From Lepidodermella squamata (lineage: Eukaryota; Animalia; Gastrotricha), in NCBI GenBank assembly GCA_047495785.1, contig JBLDXI010000025.1:930001-994000 (forward strand): 64,000 nucleotides of DNA, written 5' to 3'. Below the pieces are notes generated by a model. The model saw only the letters and a list, made by a program, of their open reading frames with translations. It did not search any database and was not told the origin of the DNA. The translations under genes were made by a program, and so were the position numbers. Every line of letters starts with the position of its first letter. Positions within the stretch are counted from its first letter, which is position 1. Positions 1 through 13,974 of the stretch are shown piece by piece.

Positions 1-149
1 GAGTCATTTCAGGAAATAACATGGGTGCTACAACTAGGCGACATTTTCCGCAAATCTTCAACCCGGTCTGAGAAATGGCTGTCAGGAAGAAGGGAAAGCT
101 CACAAATCTTTCGTGTTTGTGGAATGATTCGTTATAATCCAGCTGGAAT

Positions 150-782
150 ACCTGACATCGCTTACGCTTCGTCGGATGCACACTGAGCCACGTTCCCTCA
201 AAATTCGAGAACGATGATGACATTCGTGGCAGAAACTACTACAAGCAATCTCGCTGGAAAATCTCACCGTGGTACAAAGCTTTCAACCGTTTCGTTGCGG
301 AAGCTGTGGCCAATATTCGGGCGGATGATTTGGCACAGGACGACTCTGTGTCGCCGATCACCCTCCAAAACAGTTGCGACATCCGCTATCTGCTGAAAAA
401 TTTCATAAAGCACATACTTCCCCTTTTTCCACTGTGTTCGGTGTGTTTTATTTGCGGAGTTGCTGATTTTCGATAGTTTGTTTTGAAAGGAAATTAAATT
501 ATCGCTAACAAAATTGCAGTGAAACCCAAAAACTCGCCAGCTCATTACACCAATGGTTGCGTTGAAGAGGCAATCAATCTAACGAAAAATGCTGAAATGC
601 CCAGCGGTGCGTTGCCTTTGGCTCAGGCTATTCGTGTTCTAAGAGCGGCTCAGCGTCGCCGCTTTAAAGCAGCAACGATTCCCAACAAGCCGGAACAACC
701 TCGAAAAGGGGAACAGGCGACAATACCACTGAAAAATGGCGCCGCAGCGCGAGGATGGGTAATAAGAAGAAAAACTTGCTGA
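150..782 (+). mobile_element. Degenerate C-terminal fragment of a Mutator-like (NOF-FB type) transposase
   Basis: Open frame ~156-480 reads ...YLLKNFIKHILPLFPLCS, then after a probable short intron ...HYTNGCVEEAINLTK...GWVIRRK, resembling the 'Y.PL.PLWS...TN..VE..F...K' motif of NOF-type MULE proteins; upstream frame is broken by stops. Family call is from motif recall only. Confidence 0.4.
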
Positions 783-2473
783 CCTATGGCAAAACCCTTT
801 CGAAGCGACTTTTATCATCTGCAAACAAACTAGGAAATTTTTGCAAAAGCAGCCACTGCATTTGGATTCTATCGCAGATATTGAAGGGTTGCATTCAGAA
901 GCGCAGGAATTACCTTCTCAATCAATTCCAAATCCATGCAAACCGCCCGCTGCGATGCGATCAATAAATGCAACAGGTTAGTGCAGTAATAAATGCAGAA
1001 ATAAATGTAAAATTTTCATAGCGTCAGTGTCGCCAAGCAGCAACTAGACCTGTCAAAGCGATATCTTCATCCAATTGCTTTCAGTGAACCTGGAATCGAC
1101 TCAGATGATAGTAGCTAGGGCAATGACGATGAGCCGCGCGAAGCGAACGACGAGAGAAGGTCTACGCGTCGCGGCTAAATTCATGACTGCACTTGTTTTA
1201 ATTTATATCTCATACTTATTTCAAGATTTTCGTTGTTTATTACCGATGACATGGTTTAGGGAGAAAACTCGCTGTTTCAATTCATGATAAATTGCTATAA
1301 TATCACCGGTATTCGGGGCAGGTATCCCAAATCGCACTATTTCAATTTTTCGCACGATTTCTCCGCAGCGGTGAGGACTTTTCGACAAATGAGCACGCAA
1401 TATGAAGGTAATTTTGTTAGCTACAAGTGTAAATGCTCGATTAGACGGCGTCGACGGCCTTGATACAGTGCGGCCGAGAGTGAAGTGGTTCAGATACTAT
1501 TCAGAATTAGGAGTTTTCGTCTTACTGAGAAATTCTGAAGTCTTCGCTTAGCTACCGTGGTAATCCCACTGGTAGTCTTCCGAGATATTTCCTTTCATTA
1601 ATAGGTATTTATGCCAAAAGTAAATAAATTATGAAACTAAAGCAAACGGGTCTACCTGTAACCCAGTCGAGCAGGCGGTCAGAAAAGCCTGTTCGACATA
1701 GCAGTGAATTCTCAAGACTCTTTCGCGACGTCGCTGAGTTGGATTGCATGGCAGCATGCAGGTATGGTTTTCGAATTGTTGGATAGCGAGGCACACGGCG
1801 CATCTCAGATCCTTCAGGAAAAAATGAAACACACTTTTATGGGTAAATAGGTAAAAACTCACCGACAACTATCCGATCATCATCTCTTTTAGGCGAAGGC
1901 AATTTCGAATAAAAATTATCTAAATTGATTAATAAAACAGTATTTTTATACACATATAGCCGGCGAGTTTTTCTTCCATCATTTTCATCGTTTCTGAAAG
2001 CCTGAATCACAGACCAAGGTAAACCACTGTAAAATATCAATGAGGGTTAATTTGTTGTTTTGTTTTGTTTTGGAGCGAAAATCAGTGTTTCAGAAAAATC
2101 ACGAGTGTGGCTTCGGATATCATTTTCGAGGTTCACATGGTATTTTTGAACATTTAAAAATACATTTCGGTCTAGGTCATCCCTGAGCAAGATCGTAAAA
2201 TCAAGCTAAGTTTCGGCCAGAAGTTTCGGGCTGAAGACATGAATTTCGAGGGAAAACAATCAAATTCGCAACTTATTGATCGTATTCTAAGTTACGCTTC
2301 GTTTAATAAAATAAAGATTAAATCAAAAAGTCAGGGCGAAACGAAGACATTTTACCTTGGTCTTGATTCAGAAGGGCGAAAAAATTTCACCCGAGTTTGT
2401 CCCATAAAAATAAATTCCAACATAACAGAAACAAAGTTAGTTTTGTCAGTTTTTGATTATCATTTCGCGCATT

Positions 2474-5400
2474 TCATTTCATTTTCCCAGACGCGAGTGA
2501 TCGAACTCGGTCAGCAAGGTCGGCCGGCATTTCACTGCTAATTTTCTGAACAGGCGTCATTCCTGAATGGTTTTTCATTCTCAACAGCTCACCAGCTTCA
2601 GGTCGCTCGACCAAATATCGCAGAGCATCGAAGTTGTAACTGGATCCAGCCGCCAGATGCATGACATTGCACCCGTTCACGTCTTTCGACTTGATATTCG
2701 CACCTCGGCAGAGCAGTAAATCAACAGTTTTCACGGCGTTGTGTTCAACCGCGACCATCAAAGCGGTGGAGCCGTTTCTGCTCGCCTTTTTATCAACCGA
2801 GAAATCCCAGTCTGACAACAAATAATCGACGGATTTTTCGCCATTTTCGTTCATACAAGCCCAGTGTAGGAGAGGATATCCATCGATATCATGGCTGAAA
2901 CTGTACGAATTTAGTTTTCTCATGGCGTACTTCAGCATTTCAAGCGAGCCAGATTTAGCGGCGAGGCTCGCCAGATTTGAACCCCTAATCATGGTTTGGA
3001 AGACATTTGCGTTGCAAAGGTTGACTAGGTACTTGGCGGCTTCAAGATGGCCGTTTCCAGCCGCTAGCAGCAGTGGTGTGGCAAGAGAGCCGGTTTTGTC
3101 CTGAAGCACATCGAGCGAAAATTCGACGAGGTATCTCATAACGTGTAGATGGCCGGATTTCGAGGCTGCGAGAAATGGAGTGTGGCCAGTTACCCAGGTC
3201 TTCGATTCGATTTCGGTTCGATCTTTTTCTACGTAAAATAAAACAATTAGGGTGGATCTTACTCAAGCCGAATATTTAAAATTACCACTAGCGAGCCAAG
3301 AACATTCATACAATTTTCTATGATGCTTGATTTCTCACTTTCTGATCTCTTATTACTTATTAGTATGAGCTCTACTTCTAAAACCAATCTCGAAATTAAA
3401 CAGAACCATCAAATCAACCCATTCTCGCCCAAATTTCGAATTTGACAGTGTAACGTAATTTAATGAACTTTTGATTGCTCTCTGAAGTAAATAATCTCAC
3501 AACCTGATGTTGGAGTGCGCGACGGCGCGTCAGTTTTTCTGTTGCCTATGGGAGGCAGTTCCGTAGGCTGAGCGGTTTTGCAATACTTCAAAGATTAATG
3601 GCTTGGCTATGCCAGTCGCGCTTGTTGGTGGGAGGGCAACGCATCCGTCGAATACGCTTTTAATCCTGAACTGATCGAGGAAGAACTTTGGGCCGAGGCG
3701 CAGGCTGACGGCTAGGCGATGGGTTTCTACGCCCTCTAAAACCCCGGAAATGTTGTAACATATTTTTCTACCGCAGATAAATAATTCCGATTCACTATCT
3801 CGATAAATTTCGATTTCACATCCACAAAATAGCCTCAAATCGCTGGAAATCACGTGTTAATTAGAAACCCGTGAAAATGAGCACACAAGAGTCGGACAGT
3901 CTTATGCACCCAAACGGTCCCAATGCGAAAACTGTTTGATAACGCATGAAAGCGGCTAAAAAACGTAACACTAAAATGACCGAAGTCGTATCAGACTTTT
4001 TTATCGCGAATTGCGATGTTACAATGGCTTTATGAATTCGAACGTTAAAACCCACCAAGTCGAGATTGTCGATCTCCAACACATAAGTTTTGGTCGATAA
4101 TCGCTTTAAAGCCTGAAATTGAACAAATAGTATGGAAAACAGTGACGACGAGTTACTGGCCGAGCCTCATCGAGTAATTTCTCAAGGGTTACTTGGTTTG
4201 CCTGAAATTCAACATGTGTTACAGGCTCATTTTTAGGATTTTTATCCCAACGCTGCACCGGTACATTTGCCTACTGATGGCAGCGCGGTTATTGCGACTG
4301 GTAATACTCAGATTCAATCACCAAGGCATGTCAGATAGCTCCGGACCATGGCTTTGTCAGCCAAAGCAGCTGTCAAACACATCGGTACCCTGCTCTGGGT
4401 CGAACCAGGCTCAACCAGCAGATTACAACACACATCTATCGATGCTTGTGACTCAGTTGTCAAGTCTGCAAGGCGATCCGCCATCGCAACTGATTCAACA
4501 GCCTTTTCCGATTGTTATCAGGCCAGTTGCAAGCTCCGCCTCCGCAACAGCACTACGCGCAGCGACCAATCCAGATTCCTCTAGTTCCGCAATATCAACA
4601 GCTACTACCGTCGGTGCCAGGTCAGCAGGTCAACCCGTCAATTTTCTACAACTCTAATTTCAATTCTTATTCAACTCCTCGAAACGCCTAATTGAACACG
4701 AAAACTGTGCCGAGACGCTCGCTATAACGATTAAAAAATAAAACCCGTTTTCGATGTGAGATGGTGCTTCTCAACTTGGACATCAACAACAGCTCTGTTG
4801 AACAATTTGCCGGCTTTGCACAAATATCTCACTGATCTGAGGGCAAACTGGAAGAAAGAACTGAAGAAAATGATGAAAAATTCGAAGAAGAAAACAGAAA
4901 ACCAGCAAAAATTCGAGCAGGTTGATAATTTGGTCTCCACCGTATCGGATTATCGATTGCTTGCGATTTGAGATTTGAAATGAGATTTGAACGAAATGCT
5001 TGTAAAAAATTCCTACTCTATGAACATCCCCTATTATTACAGAGTTATTATAAATGCCAGGCAAAATAATATTGGTCACATTTTATTTTAGGATAAATCC
5101 TTACTAAAAATCAATGGAAATTACGGGTCCCCCATAGAGTAAAAGGCTTCAAAGCAGTATAAACCCAAAAAGCGGGGCAAACTACACGCAACAATAAATC
5201 GAATTAATTACGATAAAATTCTGCGTAATTTTCTGCACATGGGCTCATCATAACTTTAAGAGCCCGGCTTATGAATTTTGGAAAATTTTCGAAAAACGAC
5301 TTTTTCGACCAAATTGAGGTCTCAGCTACATTGCGGAGTTTTCATGACTTATGCTCCTCAATTTTTGGTGTGAAAAGCTAGAATAGCAGACCATCATGTT

Positions 5401-8400
5401 AATCCATTGGTTGAAAATCAGAGGCTAAGCCTGAGCGCCTACTGGGAAGACTATTTAGTGCGTTTACCCTGCTTTGAAGCCTTCTGCTTCGTAGGGGACC
5501 CGAAATTACATCAAAATTTTAAAATATTTGAAAATATGAAGAATTATAATCAAGTTTTGCCACTTGAGATTTAGAAAAATCCTCATGTGGTTTACCCAGT
5601 TATTTTCCTTCCACAAACCCCATGAAACAGCCCAAGTCGGGGAAAGATGACTTGCAAAAAATTGGAAACTTCTGAAGCAAATCAAAATTTACCCAGAATA
5701 AACTTGACGATATCAAGATGGCCATTCTCGGCAGCCACGACAATGGGCGGCACCCTATTATCCTCGTCACGCGATAAATTGCCGAATTTCTCGTGGTAAA
5801 ACCTGACAATATCAATGCAGCCATTTCGACATGCGATTTCGAGCGCATTTTCACCCTGCTCATCGTCGCATTTTTTCGCATCGAATCCGTACTCATCAAC
5901 CAGCAGGCGAACCAAATCGGCGTTGCCCTTTTCAGCGGCTTGAAACAACAAATCGCGACTGGCGTGTTTGAAATTACGACGGGCCAGTTCTTTATCGATC
6001 GAGATGAGATATTCAACGATTGGGGTGGAATTAATGGCAAAATAAGTGATTTTGTTGCCCTTTGATTTTGCTGATAAGTTGGATTTCAATTTTTCAACCG
6101 CGAATCGAACGCATTCCAAAGAGCCAGCTTCAGCCGCTTGAAGAATAACTGTTTTATCGTCATCCGTCGTGTCTTTATGATCGACAATAAAATTCCAGAA
6201 TTTTTCCGGGACTCGTTTGAAAATTTCCGAAAATCGCGTGAAATCGCCGCTTTTAGCAGCATCGTGAAATTCTTTATATTTCAAATTCTAGAAAAGTAGA
6301 AGTCAAGTAAAGAATGGAAAAACGTGTAATTAGGATTTTACTTTCACATCGATTGCCGGGTTTTCAGGTTTTTCAAGTGAAACATCGCATTTTTCGAGGC
6401 CGCGGGTAACATTTTCGATGAGATTATCTGATTCCCAATCGAGTTTGATCTTCAAGTTGGCGACTTTCTCCGCAGTTAAAATTCTCGAGACCTACAAAAT
6501 AAGGTTGAAAAAATCGAGTAATTACTTTGAAAAATTTAATAAATTGAGTTTAAAAACTTTTGACCGAAAATTGGTCATTAACGAACGGGTAACATTTCTT
6601 TCTGCTAAGCGTATTCTATCAAAAAAGGGAACGAAAAATCGATCGTACTCTTTGATCGAACCTGACCGATGCGGTTACCGTCGGGCTCCTCGTTATGGAG
6701 ACTAGCCAAGTTAGCTATAAGCTTACCTAGGCCTGGCAACAAGGAACATCATCCTATAACACGGTCTACAGCTACCAGTTACTTCAAACGGAAGAAGCCC
6801 GAACAGTTACGAACTACTAAATACTAGTTATTCACAATCCCAGCTTCGTCGCAGCAATACATCGATTTTTAACGATGCAGGCAGAACAAATTCGATTTTC
6901 TCAAGTAATGGTCCAGAATATCAACCTCGCATATTCTAGTACCTCAGCCTCCTATTGTGCCACCGCCGACTATGCTCCCTACTAGTTGTCGCTGTTCGCT
7001 TGATTTCCGTGAGTTTTCAGACCTTCTAGACATTCTGGAAGAATTCTATCCGCAGCTAATGAATTCGCCTCAAAAACGCATACTAGGTGGTCCCAATGTC
7101 AAAAGAGTTCTTCACTGCTAATAGAAGTGACTACGAAGTCAATTTACTGGATACCTCAAATAATTGATTAAATTCTGCCAATAAAGCACACACACACACG
7201 GCTGAAATGTCCCCTCAGATGACTGACGATGAAAATTCGATCGTGTTCGCTTGGGGACCCAAAATCTGGGCCAAGCGGCGAGAATTTTGCGATGAGACGA
7301 GGCTTAACCGAGAGTGCATCGACTCAACACGGGGCGATGATCAACTACGCGATCTACACGCATCGAGATCAACAGAATCTACGGACCTTTTCTCGTTTTC
7401 TCGACGTCATTTATTCTCTTTGTAAATTACTGCTGTGTCATGCGCATTTTTACCCTCTCGAAGACCGGGAAATCAATAAAGCTTCGACTTTTTCTACTTT
7501 ATGAAAAAATTGCAATTGCAGCTTCTTCTTCTTCATTTTATATTATTTTTAAGATGGCGAACGTCTCGCCAATGTTCACATGGAAATTTTCCAGCAACGA
7601 GTGCTGAATGCTGGGTTGAATATCGTGGTGATTTTACTGATTTTTCTGGCGATGACTGACCGGATTAGTCGGGTTAAAGCCGAGGGCTACTACCGAACAA
7701 CAATAGCCGCTTACGAGCTCGATGATTTTCAACGCCATTTTCGAATGACAAGGCAAAAAGTTGAAAAGCTCACAGGATTTTTTGTTCGAAACGGAATTCT
7801 TCAGGCTCCGAATCCTGACCACTTCGGACGCCCGCCTTTACCTCCGCCTCTGAAGACTCTTATCTCTTCAAGTTATTAACGAACCGTATTTCGAAATCGG
7901 CGATCGGTTAGTTGTAATGAGATTGTTTCAATTGTTCGTTTTCCAAAAAATTTCGAAAATGTTCATTGATTTTTGATAAAATTAAAAAATTAAAAACATT
8001 CAGAAATTATCATAATTGAATTTTCAAATTAACTAGAAATTAACTAGAAATTGAGTTCCATTGGCGAAAGAATGCTTGAAATTTTTCAAATTTTTCAAAT
8101 TATTTCAAACTCCTCATTAAATTGATGCGCATCGAATTCGCCTTCTGCGGAATTATTTGGCCACCCTGTATATGGAAATAAGTAGACCTGATGCATTATA
8201 AAAATGCGCCATTATCAAGTACTGTAACGCGGTCCTTTTTTCGGACGGGGTAAATTCGGACACTTTTGGCTTCGAGCATGCGTTTCTCCTCAACCAAGGA
8301 GGTTAAAAACACCGTTAAAAATGTAGAAGATAGTCCAGAGTCTCGTCTTTCAAATGACACCTTGAAACATGAGGAACGGAATTTTTTACGAAGAACGGTT

Positions 8401-11400
8401 GCACTTTTTCGCAGGTGTGCGCCCAGGTAAAAAATTGCCAACTTTTTCAAATCGCTGTATTTTTTGCCGGAAAGAAGCGCAAAAGAAAGAGCGCATCGAC
8501 TTCAGTTAGATAGGCGTGTTTGGAACAAATTTGAATTGCCCATTTGTCCAGCAATTCAGCCAGAAAAAACGAAATCCCCGGCTTATTTCGGACAGCCAGA
8601 AACTACAGAATTCAATTGACCTTGACATTTTTTAAACTTTAAAATGTTAGTGAGAATGGCACTGAACTGCGTTGAGAGCGAGCACAATTCACTATCGGGG
8701 TTTCAAATCCCTCAATGTCCAATTTTCTTTTTAAATCTGCTCACAAATTGCATCTCGCTTTAATGTGAACAGTTTTGTCCGAAATTAGCCGAGTCAGTTA
8801 CCCGTGAATACCTGTGCAGGGGAAGGTATAGTTTTACCGTGACACTAGGATATGCAGTTTTTCAAGGCGCATCTTTTGGCGTGAATCGCGTAAATAAAAT
8901 TCGCTCACCTTAAAAAACAAAGCTCGAAAAACAGATTTTTGTCCAAAATAAGACCACGCTACAGTATGTCTCTTGTGAGTGGGATTACAAAAATCCGAAG
9001 AAATTTGATCCAACCCGGTAAAAACCGAAAATTACCGAGCCAGTTACCATCAGGGTTTCTAGGATGTTCTGCGGTAAATTTTCAAATTTCTTCGGTAAAA
9101 CCGTTGATAAATGATGGAAGATTCTTCCGTCGGCTTCATTTAAAAAATTTGAATTAATTTCATCCTAAAACATTTTTCTAAATGGCAAAATGGTTGCGCA
9201 ACTTATGGGTCACGTTGTGCTTCAATTATTTCAAGTATTGATTTAACAAATCAGATCAGGATGCGGTGGCGGAAACTAGGGCACCCGGTTCTCTAATTCC
9301 GGCAAGAGTCCAAGTAACTACAAAATTAGCCATAAATCTAGGTTAAATTGCGAAAAGCGGCATTGGATAGCCCAAGAACTCCTCTATAAGGCTGTATTAC
9401 CCGAATATTTTCTAAAATGGCTGGCAAAGTAGAAAAAACTCAGTAAGTGACGGAATTCAGGGCGGGATGCTCTATTACCGGGTTCTTCCCGGTTTCTTTC
9501 AGTTATTTTTGAGTGAAATCGTCGATGGAGGATCGGAGAGGTTCAATTTCGAAACAGGTTACAGTTGATCAATAATTTTTGCAAAATTATAAAACAGCCT
9601 GCGCAACTCATGGGGAATTATATCGATAAAGCATTTGGCAGTAGAATTCAAAATTTGCTCGGCAAAACATTTTTTAGACCAACTTACATCAATAACTTGT
9701 TCGGCGCAATTTGCGTGCATCTGAACAACTTTATCAGCTTGTTTTTTCGTGGCCTTGATCGATAATTTTTCGATTTCGTCGCTGATTTGGTCTCGAGCAG
9801 CTTCCACCTGCTTCAAATCAATATCAGACGCAGTGGCTGCGATCATATCGTCCCGAATCTGGTCCAATTTCGAAAGCAGAAGATGGCGATGGCCATGAAC
9901 AGCCGATTCTAGAGATTTTATCAGCTCATCGGCATGGCTTTTCACAGCTTTCTTCGCTTTTGCAATCTCTTTATCGATTTTCGAGCCATTTTTCGTGATT
10001 TTCGAAGCTTTCGCAACGGCTGAATCGAAATTCTCATCGAGCTAAAAATCAGTGTTTAAGAATTAAATAATTCTAGAAATTTTAAACTTGCCCAAAAGCT
10101 GTTGAACTCGAGCTCGAGTTTCAGATGTTCCAGATGGGCGGGGTAACACGTGGTGCAGAAGTTCTCTTTGCAGTGCTCGCACGTTTTCAACGACGATTTC
10201 TTGCCAGGGTGAGACGCGTGGGGGCAACTTTTGTCGCCGAGTTTCAGCTTCTTGCCGCTTTCTTTCGGTTCGATTTCGACTTGCAGAGCTTCGACGGCTC
10301 GTTTGACGCCGTAATTACTCGCAAGAGCTGGGAAAAACCGAAACAAAACAACGCATCAAATTATAAAATCGAGTAAATTCGGAAAATTTGAAATTTGGAA
10401 AATTGAAAGAAATTCCAAATTCTACAATAAAATCGTGATTTTTTGAAATTTTGAAATTTTGAAATTATCATTTAATTAAATTTAAATTTATGAAATTAAA
10501 AAAAAATGTATTCTAATTTTGAAATTAATTTTGAAATTTTTATAAATAATCAAAAAAATTAAAATAAATCCTTAACATTTTCAAAATTTCAAAATTTGAG
10601 AAAATCAGGGTGATCCCATAATTAAGGTGATTCTTTTTCAATTTCAAGATCCCGCGCATACATCCCAATCTAACAAGAACCGTCAAAACTGGACGGTACT
10701 TGACTGGAAAAAAATAATTTGATTCGAGCTAACTGGGCTCAAAAATGGCAATTCCTAATTAATTTTTCTAACGAATCTTGAAGGCTAAAAATCCCAGCAC
10801 TCTAAATGAATTCGCTCATAAGCCAGATTTTTGTGATTGATCAAAGATCAAAATTACCAGCATTTTTACAGCATCCGAATCAAAATTGCACATTTTTCAC
10901 CCCTGAACTTTTGAGCCCATTTTCTCTGCAAGCCTGATGAATGTCAACCTACTTTCTATGCCGATCGAATTCTCGTTTATTTATCTTGAAATCGGCATCA
11001 AAATCTTAGGAGGTCAAAATATTCGCCAAACCCCACTTTTCACTTATTTTCGGTCAAATATGACTTTCGAGTCGAGTGAAAATATCGAAAAAATCACTGA
11101 TTTTTTAAATGAATAATTGGAATCGCCTCCTCAGACTGAAGTCTAACTCGTTGACTGACCGCCGAATGGGAAAAATCAGTTATCGACTAGGCATGAAACG
11201 TTAGATTTCTGGGAAGACCGTGTTTCAGATAAGTGCAGGAGACCCAAATTTAGGGCAAACATTAAATAAGGGCAAATTAAATTAATTTGGTCAAAGGCGA
11301 TGCGCAAAACGTTTCCTTACCGTTGAGCCCACCGTCAGGCAGTTCTTGCTCAGTTCTGCATTCGGGACAGACCAAGACTTCGTCCTTCTCCAAGATCAGC

Positions 11401-11585
11401 TCGAGGCAGCTCAAACAAAACGAATGACCGCATTGCGGCAGAATTTTCGGCTTCTTCGGCAGTCCGTAACACACGGCACAGCTTAACGCCTAAAAATTCC
11501 GGAATTTCACAAGCAATCGGCAGTTTTACAAAATAAAACCCACATCGACTATGTTTTTGTTGGCTGAATTTGGCATGGCCGCCAT
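2474..11585 (-). CDS. TRIM-like protein: RING (C3HC4) + B-box + coiled coil + C-terminal ankyrin repeats, ~766 aa, 7 exons
   Basis: Exons 11585-11544, 11489-11321 (RING CAVC...CGHSFCLSC...CPEC), 10327-10092 (B-box-like CPHASH...CEHC...FCTTC...H), 10041-9688 (coiled coil), 6491-6342, 6287-5693 and 3228-2474 (ankyrin repeats, e.g. TPLLLAAGNGHLEAAKYLV, STALMVAVEHNAVKTVDLLL). All junctions are phase-compatible; total 2301 nt; one GC-AG intron (10091-10042). The RBCC-to-ankyrin join across intron 9687-6492 is inferred from phase and sequence continuity. Confidence 0.75.
4132..4971 (+). mobile_element. Probable hAT transposase remnant in an intron of the TRIM-ankyrin gene
   Basis: Fragment ...IKPVFDVRWCFSTWTSTTALLNNLPALHKYL resembles the hAT 'TRW.S....L..L..L..AL' segment; fragmentary with no continuous ORF. 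Confidence 0.35.
5125..5501. mobile_element. Non-autonomous TIR element (MITE) with 8-bp target-site duplication
   Basis: Imperfect ~40-bp TIRs GGGTCCCC...AGGCTTCAAAGCAG at both ends, flanked by the direct repeat GAAATTAC (5117-5124 and 5502-5509). Confidence 0.75.
7580..7910 (+). mobile_element. PIF/Harbinger (HARBI1-like) transposase N-terminal remnant
   Basis: DDFQRHFRMTRQKVEKL...GRPPLPP..K.L...then EPYFEIGDR after a frameshift matches the Harbinger N-terminal HTH region; truncated. Confidence 0.6.
8232..8800. repeat. Dispersed ~570-bp repeat, copy 1 (GGGGTAA(A/T)TTCGGA-type ends)
   Basis: Colinear, clearly homologous copy at ~55381-55995; short inverted terminal motifs ggggtaaattcggac / gtccgaaattagcc. 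Confidence 0.7.
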
Positions 11586-12440
11586 GTTGCTAATAAATGT
11601 AGCACGCTCAGTATGCAATTGACCTGAAGAGTGATGAGGAAGTAGGTCATGCAATGTTTTATTACTAGCGGCGTGGATAGTGTTATGTGCACTGCGCTTT
11701 CGAGCAGCTGTGTTGTGAGGTCATCGCGCCCATAATCAGCACACGATTAAAATCGTAAATCGTTTTAAAATAAGTGACACGCGATGGTTCGGATGATTCA
11801 TCACTGATTTATCGCCCGTCATTTTTGAATTTTTGACGCTAATTGCAGTTAATCTGCCTTCGAAAAAATCTACCTTGGAGTAAACCTAGTGTGATAAAGT
11901 CCTTGAAAAAAGATGAAAACGTCGAAATTTTCGAGAAAGAACCACTTATTCGTTCGATCTTGAATTATTTGCCATAAACTAGGTGCCACTGTGCGAATAG
12001 CAGGTGTGTCTATTAGTACTTGACGCAAACCATACGCCAACAAATTTCCAATAAAATGCAGTCACAGTGGAATTTCATCGGCAAGACGTTTCGATCAACC
12101 GCAATGGGATTCTGTCAGAAAAACAGCAGCGGTTCGCAAAATGCTAATCAGATGGTCAGACTTTGGACTAAAACATTCCAATTCCTGAAATGGATGGCAC
12201 GGTTGGACAAATAGTAGAAGCTTTGAAGCTACTAAAGAACAGACGGGTATTTGCAAAAATAATTGGAAGTCTGAATACTTGGCAGTCTCGAGTGAGCTTG
12301 CGGGACAGAGCCGTTCGCCATATCTCTTTGGAGCTTCTTTAAACTTGAGGTCGATGCCGAAGACTCCGGCAAAAGCAATGACATCGGACATCGATAGGGC
12401 GGGTTTCATTAGGAAGGCTCGACAGGGCACTCAGGCAGTA

Positions 12441-12924
12441 CAGTGTTTGGGATGTGATTGATTTTGATTTTGGGACTAATCCTTTGCGCTGTAAAATCAA
12501 CTCTTCTCCTCAAATCAAATCGTCTGGAGCCGAAATCAAATCTTCAAAATAAAATCACAAGTTTAACAAATCTCTCAAAATCTTGAAAAAATCACCATTG
12601 TAAAGCTGAATGGCATGTTTCCATGAGGTGGTATTCTTGAATTGAAAACTGTATCTAGTTGAAAACTGGCGCAAGTATTTGCTTCAAATGAATATTGCTC
12701 ATCACATGTTTACATAGGAAAATAGTTTAAAATAGTCGCGGAGAAGCCGTTTTCGGTATTTAATTGAGACCGCTAATTGGGACCTACAAAATCATGGGCA
12801 AAATATTTGGAAATATGAATCGAATCTTTGCAAAACAGTCAAATCAAATTTTCAAGTCAAATAACGAAAAATGACCCCAAAATCAATCAAAATCAAAATC
12901 AAATCAATCAAATCCCATTCGCTG
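12441..12924. mobile_element. MITE-like element with GATTT/AAATC subterminal repeats
   Basis: Left end CAGTGTTTGGGATGTGATTGATTTTGATTTT; right end is an imperfect inverted match (...AAAATCAAATCAATCAAATCCCATTCGCTG); no exact TSD seen. Confidence 0.5.
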
Positions 12925-13974
12925 AGTAAGCTTGTAGGTCCAGCCGGCTGAGGGCGCTCGACAGCGGCGGATTCGGCGCTGAGGGCTTCGGCGCCGGTGC
13001 CGGCAACTGCTGCTGTTGCTGGGGCGGCTCAAGGTTGAAGGGGTCAGGCAGAATCAGACCAGGGCGCCATAAAGCATGGTCGGAACCTATTAGATATCTT
13101 TAAATTTTTCTCTGACATGATTTCAAAACGAGCGCGATTCATTGTCCCTCTACAGTGACAATCAAAAAATCCGCACGGTGGAATTGAGGCGAGGCTAGTT
13201 GAAATTTTTCGCACGTGCGAAATGAGGCTGTTTATCCCTAGTCCGCAGCAAAACGGACCAAAATGACGCCTTTTTCACGAGATCCAAAAATAGCTCCAAG
13301 GAAAGGGGGATAGTTTCAATAATATGAATATATTCATGAGATGTCATGAAACTAGGACATTCTTGGTCAAGTGCCAAAGATGCAGAAAAATTTGAGCAAT
13401 TTGAGTAAAGTTACAACAAATCAAAAATGATTTTTCCAGAATTTTTCTGACATAATTATCAATTATCAACTTCGAGGGCTTCGGAATATTAATTAGCACC
13501 TCATGAATATTCATATTTTCAAAACTATTAAAAATTCTTGGTCTGTCCGAGTTTAACCTTAATTTTTAGTTGAGTTTAACCCAAGATTGGAGCCAATAAA
13601 ATAGCTCGGGCGCGAGTAAGACATTATTGGTTTCAACAAATTCCTGACCGTGCTTAACTTTTGATTTTCACTGCACCTCTTCCGTCTTACCCTCCCGTTA
13701 GAGGGGAGAGTCAGCCCCTAACATTTCACCGATTAATGCCAAATTTTCGCTCGTGCAAACTGTCTTGCATGTCGAAAATGTGTTTACTCAAAACCCATTC
13801 ATTAAGTCACACTAGTATAATAAACATCATTTATTTCCCACTCTACAGCAGTTAACAACAATGAAGCGGTGAATTTTTCAATTAATGTCATCCCTAATTC
13901 ATGCTAGAGCGTGGATACCTATGTATCCCACTCTTGTCTTGACTTTCCCAACTGGTACATTGTTCTGCATCACA

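Noticed and set aside
6640-7170. Possible solo LTR
   Set aside because: No clear TG...CA ends, TSD or second copy in the window.
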